Assembly (NCBI RefSeq): GCF_902713615.1
Contig: NC_052157.1
Coordinates: forward strand, 58,292,325 to 58,356,324
Reading direction: 5' to 3'
Length of the DNA: 64,000 bases
Origin: Scyliorhinus canicula
Lineage: Eukaryota
Positions 51,161 through 60,829 of the stretch are shown here, piece after piece. The translations under genes and the position numbers were made by a program. The notes beneath the pieces are model-generated. The model searched no databases, was not told the origin of the DNA, and was given only the letters and a program-made list of their open reading frames with translations. Position 1 is the first letter of the stretch; each line of letters begins with the position of its first letter.

Positions 51161-51630
51161 TACACCATGAACTTATTGATGCTTCTGAAACTATGACTCA
51201 GCCTCCAGCATTGGCAGCAGGATGAGCAGCATCAAGCTTTGCAGCTGGTGTTGTGCAACCTCCAACTAAAATAAAATCCAGAAAACAAAGAACCCCGTCT
51301 CTCGTTTGGGAAATGAAACGTAGCAGACAGCTGCAAGAAAATATAAAGAGGACCTAGATTGGGACGGATGAAACCTCTCTGAACAATTTGACAGAACGAA
51401 ACTGTAAATGAGCGCAGTTGCTAAATTTGATCTTCTTTGTTACAGCTATCTGAATTACTGACAAAATGAAATTGAAAATACGACTGGGAATATATAATCT
51501 GATAGCCATTATCAATACCTAGTCGATCCATCAAAGTGATACCTTCAATCAAGAAGGGAGATTGCGGTATACTCCAAAAGATGTAGGAAACTGTGACCAG
51601 GGACAACTGAACTTGACTATAGGAATGTTT

Positions 51631-51853
51631 TTTAAAATAAATTTAGAGTACCCAATTCATTTTTTCCAATTAAGGGACAATTCAGCGTGGCCAATCCACC
51701 TCGCCTGCACACCTTTGGGTTGTGCGGGTGAAACCCACACAAACACGGTGAGAATATGCAAACTCCACATGGACAGTGACCCAGAGCCGGGATCGAACTT
51801 GGGATCTCAGTGCTGTGAGACTGCAGTGCTACCACTGTGCCACCGTGCTGCCC
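51631..51853 (-). mobile_element. SINE with 16-bp TSD
   Basis: GACTATAGGAATGTTT at 51615-51630 and 51854-51869. Confidence 0.92.
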
Positions 51854-52146
51854 GACTATAGGAATGTTTGCAATATTCGGATGTACGAGTGGACAGATAG
51901 GAAGTGTGAGAGGGAACATAACAGTGAGGTGGTTCAACACTAATAGAAAGAATAATAAAGACTTCCAGCTTGACATAAATGGAAAGTGGCTGTGTGGAGA
52001 ATTCAGTGTCTTTCCGGCTGATGATGATGATTCCCCCAGCACTGAGCACCTGATAGTGTTGCGCTCCCTCAGTATAGGCCCTCTGACAGTGTAGCACTCT
52101 CTCAGTAATGACCCTCCAACAGTGCAACACTTCCTCAGTACTGACC

Positions 52147-55100
52147 TGTCATGATATGCAGACATGCAGATAATAATATACAGACAGGCACAGACAGGCA
52201 GCTAATGACACAGAGAACAGGACATGACCAATGAGCAGGCAGGGCACTCAGGGTCGGTATCTCACTATAAAAGGCACGAGGCACTCACACTCCACCTCTT
52301 TGAGGCCTCTTGAAGTAAAGTTTCAAAGTTGCAGGAGTGTACCGGCAGGAAGGAAGGTGGTCTAATGTGTGTCTACTTCAATGCTAGGAGCATCCGGAAT
52401 AAGGTGGGTGAGCTTGCGGCATGGGTTAGTACCTGGGACTTCGATGTTGTGGCCATTTTGGAGACATGGATAGAGCAGGGCGAGGAATGGTTGTTGCAGG
52501 TGCCGGGGTTTAGATATTTCAGTAAGCTTAGGGAAGGTGATAAGAGAGGGGGAGGGGTGGCATTGTTAGTCAAGGACAGTATTACGGTGGCTGAGAGGAC
52601 ATTTGATGAGGACTTGAATACTGAGGTAGTATGGGCTGAGTTAAGAAACAGGAAAGGAGAGGTCACCCTGTTAGGGCTTTTCTATAGGCCTCCGAAAAGT
52701 TCCAGAGATGTAGAGGAAAGGATTGCAAAGATGATTCTGGATAGGAGCGAAAATAACAGGGTAGTTGTTATGGGGGACTTTAACTTTCCAAATATTGACT
52801 GGAAACACTATAGTTCGAGTACTTTAGATGGATCCGTTTTTGTCCAATGTGTGCAGCAGGGTTTCCTGATGCAGTATGTAGATAGACCAACGAGAGGCGA
52901 GGCCTTATTGGATTTGGTACTGGGTAATGAACCAGGACAGGTGTTAGATTTGGAGGTAGGTGAGCATTTTGGTGATAGTGACCACAATTCGATTACGTTT
53001 ACTTTAGCGATGGAAAGGGATAGGTATAAACCGCAGGGCAAGAGTTATTGCTGGGGGAAAGGCAATTATGATGCGATGAGGCAAGACTTAGGATGCTTTG
53101 CCTGGAGAGGAAAACTTCAGGGGATGGATACAATGGAAATGGGGAGCATGTTCAAGGAACAGCTACTGTGTGTCCTTGATAAGTATGTACCTGTTAGGCA
53201 GGGAGGAAGTGGTTGAGTGAGGGAACCATGGGTTACTAAAGCAGTTGAAACACTTGTCAAGAGGAAGAAGGAGACTTGTGTGAAGATGAGACGTGATGGT
53301 TCAGTTGGGTCGCTTGAGAGTCACAAGTTAGCTAGGAAGGCTCTAAAGAGAGAGCTAAGAAGAGCCAAGCGAGGACATGAGAAGTCTTTGGCAGGTAGGA
53401 TCAAGGATAACCCTAAAGCTTTCTATAGGTATGTCAGGAATAAAAGAATGACTAAGGTAAGAGTAGGGCCAGTCAAGGACAGTAGTGGGAAGTTGTGCGT
53501 AGAGCCCGAGGAGATAGGAGAAGTGCTAAATGAATATTTTTCGTCAGTATTCACACAGGAAAAAGACAAAGTTGTCGAGGAGAATACTGAGATATAGGCT
53601 ACTGGACTAGAAGGGCTTGAGGTTCATAAGGAGGAGGTGTTAGCGATTCTGGAAAGTGTGAAAATAGATAAGTCCCCTGGGCCGGATGGGATTTATCCTA
53701 GGATTCTCTGGGAAGCTAGGGAGGAGATTGCTGAGCCTTTGGCTTTGATCATTAAGTCATCTTTGTCTACAGGAATAGTGCCAGAGGACTGGAGGATAGC
53801 AAATGTTGTCCCCTTGTACAAGAAGGGGAGTAGAGATAACCCCGGTAACTATAGACCAGTGAGCCTTACTTCTGTTGTGGGAAAAGTCTTGGAAAGGTTT
53901 TTCAGAGATAGGATGTATAATCATCTGGAAAGGAATAATTTGATTAGAGATAGTCAATATGGTTTTGTGAAGGGTAGGTCGTGCCTCACAAACCTCATTG
54001 AGTTCTTCGAGAAGGTGACCAAACAGGTGGATGGGGGTAAAGCAGTTGATGTGGTGTGTATGGATTTCAGTAAAGCGTTTGATAAGGTTCCCCACGGTAG
54101 GCTATTGCAGAAAATACAGAAGCATGGGATTCAGGGTGATTTAGCAGTTTGGATCAGAAATTGGCTAGCTGATAGAAGACAAAGAGTGGTGGTAGATGGG
54201 AAATGCTCTGACTGGTGTCCAGTTATTAGTGGTGTGCCACAAGGATCTGTTTTGGGGCCGTTGCTGTTTGTCATTTCTATAAATGACCTGGAGGAGTGAG
54301 TAGAAGGATGGGTGAGTAGATTTGCAGATGACATTAAAGTCGGGGAGTTGTGGACAGTGCAGAAGGATGTTACAAGTTACAGAGGGACATAGATAAGTGC
54401 AGAGCTGGGCTGACAGGTGGCAAATGGAGTTTAATGCAGAAAAGTGTGAGGTGATTCATTTTGGAAGGAATAACAGGAAGGCAGAGTACTGGGCTAATGG
54501 TAAGATTCTTGGTAGTGTGGACGAGCAGAGAGATCTCGGTGTCCATGTCCATAGATCCCTGAAAGTTGCCACCCAGGTTGAGTGGGTTGTTAAGAAGGCG
54601 TACGGTGTGTTAGCTTTTATTGGTAGAGGAATTGAGTTTCGGAGCCATGAGGTCATGTTGCAGTTGTACAAAACTCTGGTGCGTCCGCATTTGGAGTATT
54701 GTGTGCAGTTCTGGTCGCCACATTATAGGAAGGATGTGGAAGCATTGGAAAGGGTACAGAGGAGATTTACAAGAATGTTGCCTGGTATGGAGGGAAGATC
54801 ATATGAGGAAAGGCTGAAGGACTTGAGGCTGTTTTCATTAGAGAGAAGAAGGTTAAGAGGGGACTTAATTGAGGCATACAAGATGATCAAAGGATTAAAT
54901 AGGGTGGACATCGAGAGCCTTTTTCCTCGGATGGTGATGTCCAGCACGAGGGGACATAGCTTTAAATTGAGGGGAGATAGATATCAGACAGATGTCAGAG
55001 GTAGGTTCTTTACTCAGAGAGTAGTAAGGGCGTGGAATGCCCTGCCTGCAACAGTAGTCAACTCGCCAACACTAAACGCATTCAAATGGTCATTGGATAG

Positions 55101-55476
55101 GCATCTGGACGATAAGGGAATAGTGTAGAGGGACTTTAGAAGGGTTTCACAGGACGGTGCAACATCATGGGCCGAAGGGCCTGTACTGCGCTGTAATGTT
55201 CTATGTTCTATGTTCTTTCCACTGATGAACATCTGCAGAGTGAGCCAGGGTGTATGTACCGTATCACACCTCCAGCACGTGGCTAAGAGCTAGTCTGGTT
55301 CAGTCAGACAGAGTAACCACACTTAGGTTAGCAGAGAGTCAAACTCATAGAGAATTGTGCTAACTGTGCTACTAGTTCAATAAATCAGATTGAACTAACT
55401 TCAAGGTCTGGAGTATCTTTTGGTTAAAGCTGCATCCAGTTGCAGCCTGTGTTATCCCAGAGTACATAACATGACA
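52147..55476 (+). mobile_element. Solo LTR (52147-~52300 + ~55216-55476) split by a CR1 LINE
   Basis: Inverted termini TGTCATG / CATGACA; CCAAT and TATAAAA before the insertion, AATAAA after it. Confidence 0.8.
52300..55215 (+). mobile_element. CR1 LINE ORF2 (EN-RT to 3' tail), few disablements
   Basis: YFNARSIRNK, ETW, FYRPP, GDFNFP, SDHN (EN); [23 protein letters not shown] (RT); tail (TGTTCTA)n. Confidence 0.95.
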
Positions 55477-55635
55477 CTGGGGAAGTGCTGCATTGTTGGA
55501 GGGCCAGGACTGAAAGTGCTGCACCGATGCAGGATCTTTTGGCAGTGGTTCAAGGTAACTTTCAGTAACCAGGGAAACAGACTCAAGTCACAATCTAAAG
55601 CTATCAGCACAGTAAGGAATGAAATATTTGAACAG

Positions 55636-55921
55636 TGTGGTGGTATGATTTGCATAGCTGTCTGCCATTGGAGCAGAACACCGGCTTACCATTGGCCTTG
55701 GTCAGTCATGTGCCCCTCGACCGATTGGTTGAGACCAGTCATGTGACGGCTCTCCGACTGGTCGAGAGGCTGAGTTAACCACGCCTCCATACCAAGGTAT
55801 AAATAGTCAGAACGCCTGGCGGTCGTCCATTTACTGTAGTCGACCGCAGGGCTAACTTCTAGCTTATTAAAGCCTAACCTTTGTACAGCAACTCGTCTCG
55901 CGTTCGATTGATGGCTCATCA
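55636..55921 (+). mobile_element. Solo LTR with 5-bp TSD AACAG, related to the LTRs of the 18975-23352 Gypsy
   Basis: TGTGGT...CATCA termini, TATAAA and ATTAAA; TSD at 55631-55635 and 55922-55926; empty site in copy 1 (~11430). Confidence 0.9.
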
Positions 55922-57278
55922 AACAGTTTGTTAAAAAAACGTTTCTGTGATTAGCTCATCCTCTCAATTTCCCTTAACTAAATCCTAATTTAAATCATCA
56001 GCTGTTATTCTGATGATCTTACTCACTGTGTCAGTGTGTCAGTGTGTGGTTAGTAACTGAAACCTATTTTCACTATTGTGCAGCCACAACAGTTTCAGTC
56101 TTGGTCACCTCATCTGCACATTCTGTTCCCTTCAAATTCTGCCCCAATATCTCCTTCTATCCCCTTCTCTCCTGCTCTCCTTACCTTCTCTCTCTGCACC
56201 ACCTTCTCTCTGTTCCCTCTCCCATCATCACCCATTCTCTCTGTCTCTCTTTTTTTCTCATTCTTCCTCAATATAAATCTCTGCTTCTCTCTGTATCATT
56301 CACTCTCTCTCTCCTTCTCCCCTTCCTCCCTCTCTCTCTGAATCACTCCCTTTTTGCTCCTCCAAGAGTCAGTGTCTCTGTCACTCCTTCTCCCTCACTC
56401 CTCATTGTTTTCTTATCTATCTCTCTCTGACTCTCTTTTTGCTCCCCTATTGTCTGTGTATCTTTCACTCTCTCTTTCCCAGTCTCCTGCTCGTCACCTC
56501 CAGTCATTTTCTCTGTTCCACCCTCTCTCACTCCCTCCTTCCCTATTTCTATCTCTCTGGTTACCGAGATGCCTGCCACTGGAAACTCGTTATTGACTCT
56601 ATCCAAACCCTTCATCATTTTGAACGTCTCAATTCAATCTCCTCCTGAACATTCTCTGCTGTAAGGGAAACAATCTCAGCTTCTTCCAGTCTCTCCACAT
56701 GAACTAAGGTCTCTCATCCCTGGCAGCCATTCCAGTAAATCTCTTCCGTACCCTCTCCAAGGCCCTGACATCCTTCCTATAGTGTGAAACGCCCAGAGTT
56801 CGACACAGTTCTCCAGCTGGTATTGAACCATGGGGAGAAAGAGAAAGAGACAGTAAAGAAGAGATGGTGACAGAGACATGAGAGAAAGATGGAGAGAGAT
56901 GGAAACAGAGACAGGCTGAGGGACAGAGAGGTAGAGAAGAAAACAGTGAAATGATTATCGGCAATATGAAGGGCCTATCTATCAGTTCATAAAACCATAG
57001 AATCTTACAGCACCAGAGAAGGCCATTCGGCCCATCTAACCAGTGGCAGCTCTTTGAAAGATCTATCCAATTAGTCCCAACACCTTCTAGATCATAACAA
57101 CTCGCTGTGTGTAAAATAAAAATTCACATCTCCCTCCCTCTGGTTCTTTTCTCGATTCTCTTCAATCTGTGTCCCCTCTGGTTACCCAGCCTCCTGCTGC
57201 TGGGAAACACTTTCTTCTTATCGACTCCATCCTGCACGATCGTATCAACTGTACATAAAATGTGAATCTGTCACTTAC

Positions 57279-57471
57279 CTGTGTTCGGAGCAATGGGGCT
57301 GCCCTCACTGTCGAGAGGGCGTTGGAAACATCAACAACCCAAACTCAGGATGATATAAAACAGCGCGGAGATATGGGTGCACTTTGGGATGTCTAAGTCC
57401 TGCCTGGAGCTGAACTTCAGGCTGTGCGTTCCGTGGCAATGGGAGATGGGGGGGAAGTGAGAAGTGGAAGT
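57279..57471 (-). promoter_or_regulatory. Paralogous putative promoter / non-coding first exon
   Basis: GGGGAAGTGAGAAGTGGAAGT at 57451-57471; consensus donor CAG|gtaagt at 57278. Confidence 0.45.
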
Positions 57472-57769
57472 TACTGATTTAAATATCTCGGAAGAAGCTG
57501 TCACTTTTATCGAAGTACAGATGAGGTACATTGACAGTAACGGTCACATTGAGAAGCTAACTACACTCACATCACTGTGTAGTCAGAGACTAATGTTTTC
57601 CACAAGATCATTGAGTTTTAGATATTAATTAACAAGTTGTGAAAGTATTTAATGTCTAACTTACCTACTCCACCCCTTACCTATCATTGGCTTTATTGGA
57701 CAAATAGGAAAATCAAGATAGACCATTCAGCCCCGAAGCCCTACGACCCTCCCTATTTTCTAGCCCATT

Positions 57770-58160
57770 CAGTGCTCTCTATCTCTGTTACCTCTTCCAG
57801 CCTCTACAACCCTCCCTATCTCTGCTGTCTCATCCAGCCCCATTCAATACTCTCCATCTCTGTAACCTCTTCCAGCAATTACAACCACCCCTATCTCTGT
57901 AACATCCCCAGGACCTACAACTATCACTATCTCTGTAACCTCTTCCAACATCTATAACCATCCCTATCTCTGTAACCTCTTGCAGCATCTACAACCATTC
58001 CTATCTCTATAGCATCTCCAGGACCTACAACCATCACTATCTTTAACGTCTTCCAAACAATATTACCCTTCCAATCTCTGTATGTTCTTCCAGACCCTGC
58101 AACCAACCCTATCTCATTTACGTCTTCGAGCCCCTACAACCCTCCGAGATCTCTGCACTC
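57770..58160. repeat. Degenerate ~37-bp tandem repeat
   Basis: ATCTCTGTAACCTCTTCCAGC.TCTACAACC..CCCT recurring at 36-38 bp spacing (57781, 57818, 57856, 57893, 57929). Confidence 0.8.
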
Positions 58161-58794
58161 CTCAATTCCGGTCTCTTGAGAATCGCCCAACTCCCATCAC
58201 TCCACTATTGGTGGCCGTGCCTTCAGCTGTCTGGGGTCCCGAGCTCCAGAATTCCCTCCTTAAACCTCTCCACCTCACTCGACATCCACATCAATCTTGG
58301 ACAGAGTTTCAGTATGTTCAGAGGAGGAATCTGCGACATTGTGAAGTGATGTGAACAGTGCAGATAATATCGACAGGGAAGAGGTTGCGTTGAATATTAG
58401 ATCTTAAGGAGGCCATTCAGCCCTTTCCTTCTTTTAACATTTCATTTACATGTTTGCTGATGTGTATCTTGACACAATGTCCCCACCTTCATCCCATATC
58501 TCTTAATATCATGATCCAACAAAACTCCATGCATCCCAGATTTAATATGAACAATTTGGCAGAGTCTCGATTTCCGTTTGGGAAGAATGCCCCAGATATC
58601 TCTCATCCTTTGAGTTTTGAAATGTTTCCTAATTTCACCCCGGAAGGGTCCACCTCTCATTTTTAGACTCTGTCCCCAAGTCCGAGATTCCCTCAATCAG
58701 CGGAATACTTTATCTCTGTTGACCGTATCTGTTGGAGCAATAGAAACTGACATAAGATATTGCACAGGGAGACCATTCAGCTCATCGTGTAAAT

Positions 58795-59660
58795 GTTGGG
58801 AGGGAGTGCTGCACTGCCGGAGGGTCAGCACTGAGGGAGTGCTGCACTGTCAGAGGGTCAGTACTGAGGGAGTGCTGCATTGTCAGAGGGTCAGCACTGA
58901 GGGAGTGCTGCACTGTCAGAGGGTCAGTACTGAGGGAGTGCTGCACTGTCGGAGGGTCAGTACTGAGGGAGTACTGCACTGTCAGAGTGTCAGTACTGAG
59001 GCAGTGCTGCACTTTCAGAGGGTCAGTACTGAGGGAGTGCTGCACTGTCAGAGGGTCAGTACTGAGGGAGTGCTGCATTGTCAGAGGGTCAGTACTGAGG
59101 GAGTGCAGCACTGTCAGAGGGTCAGTACTGAGGAAGTGCTGCACTGTCAGAGGGTCTGTACTGAGGGAGTGCTGCACTGTCAGAGGGTCAGTACTGAGGG
59201 AGTGCTGCACTGCCAGAGGATCAGTACTGAGGGAGTGCTGCACTGTCAGAGGGTCAGTACTGAGGGAGTGCTGCACTGTCAGAGGGTCAGTACTGAGGGA
59301 GTACTGCACTGTCAGAGGGTCAGTACTGAGGGAGTGCGGCACTGTCAGAGGGTCAGTACTGAGGGAGTGCGGCACTGTCAGAGGGTTAGTACTGAGGGAG
59401 CGCTGCACTGTCAGAGAGTCAGTATTGAGGGAGTGCTGTACTGTCAGAGGGTCAGTACTGAGTGAGTGCTGCACTGTCAGAGGGTCAGTACTGAGGGAGT
59501 GCTGCACTGTCTGAGGGCCAGTACTGAGGGAGCGTTGCATTGTCAGTGGGTCAGTACTGAGGGAACGTTGCATGGTTGGAGGGTCAGTACTGAGGGAGTA
59601 CTGCACTGTCAGAGGGTCAATACTGAGGGAGTGCTGCACTGTTGGAGGGTCAGTGCTGTT
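58795..59660 (+). repeat. 33-bp minisatellite array, ~26 copies
   Basis: Same unit. Confidence 0.95.
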
Positions 59661-60208
59661 ATGTTCTTGTACAGAGACATTACTGACTCGCCGTACTAAA
59701 TAACACCTCGTTCAAGACTAGCAAAGGAACCGATAGAAATAGGTGAAATTGTGTCAGTTCCTTGGCAAAAGGTTGGGATAATCTTATTCTACCTTGATGG
59801 TAAAGAATATTTGGTAGTGGTAGGTTATTACTCAAATTATCCAGAGATAGCACAATGAGCACATTGTGTAATCATGCAGACCTGAGGTAGTAATGTTTGG
59901 TAATGGAATGTGCTCCAACAATAAAGAATGGCAGGAATTTGTGCAGCACTATGACTTTAGACAAGTAACATCAAGTCCATTATACTCGCAATCAAATAGC
60001 AAAGGAGAAAAAGGGGTTCAGATAGTCAAGCAATTACTGAAGAAGGCTGTGGACAAATCGAACATCTTTAATATGTGGTTTATCGCCAGCAGAAATGTTG
60101 AGGAATCGGAAACTACGAACAACTCAGCCATGCCGTACCAAGCAAAGGCTGAATGAGAAGATAACAAATAGAATCTCAGGAGAAACAAAAGGAATATTAT
60201 GACAAGTC

Positions 60209-60600
60209 TATTATATTACGTGATCGTAATATGTTGTAACTCTTTGCTTTACTTCCAGAATGGTCTGATGGTTAGGTTTCAATGAAACTACCAATCTTCA
60301 ATTTAAAGCAAATTAGATTTAATGAATAACGAATATAAATATTAATGAGTTTTTTCACTCTACAGAACTATAACTGATGATAAAGTAAATCAGAAGAAGT
60401 AATAACTATGTTTAACTACACGTGCCAACTAAGCTATATCTCTCTCACACTCTGCTCTCGAGTCACTCCTGGTTCGAAGAGGCCCAAGATCCTCTGAGTT
60501 CACTAACATACCTGAATCGAGTGCCGCCATCTAGTGGTTGTCTAACACTATGATGTAGTTGTTAACCCTTTACATACCAGCAGACATACAAATCACTATA
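60209..60600 (-). mobile_element. Solo-LTR-like insertion with TA..TA termini and 5-bp TSD AAGTC
   Basis: AAGTC at 60204-60208 and 60601-60605; it interrupts the integrase-tail coding sequence. Confidence 0.65.
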
Positions 60601-60829
60601 AAGTCTAGCAGGAGTCTGAAACTTTGAAACCAGGTGACATGGTGAAAGTGGATAATGCTGATGGCTGGTCAAAACGTGCAACGTATTGCAGAAAACAGGT
60701 CCAAGATCCTAGACTGAGATAACTGAGTGTGGACAGGTTTTAAGGAGGAATAAACAAGCACTCATAAAAGTGAAACAACCTGTTGCTGAACAGCAAGACG
60801 AGGATGTATAAGTTTACATTCATCGAAAC

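Larger units (their letters stand above)
55585..57740. repeat. Segmental duplication copy 2 of 11364-13500
   Basis: Collinear similarity to copy 1; carries a solo LTR absent from copy 1 and lacks the 13141 SINE. Confidence 0.95.

Noticed and set aside
48900-51225. Long ORFs with Cys/His periodicity (VLHCQRVSTEG, RECCTVRGSVL, QHSLSTDPLTV) in all 33-bp arrays
   Set aside because: The 33-bp unit is a multiple of 3 and stop-free in several frames on both strands. These are not zinc fingers or real repeat proteins.
58795-59660. CRISPR-like array (~33-bp partly palindromic repeats)
   Set aside because: Repeats are directly adjacent with no unique spacers, there are no cas genes, and the context is vertebrate.
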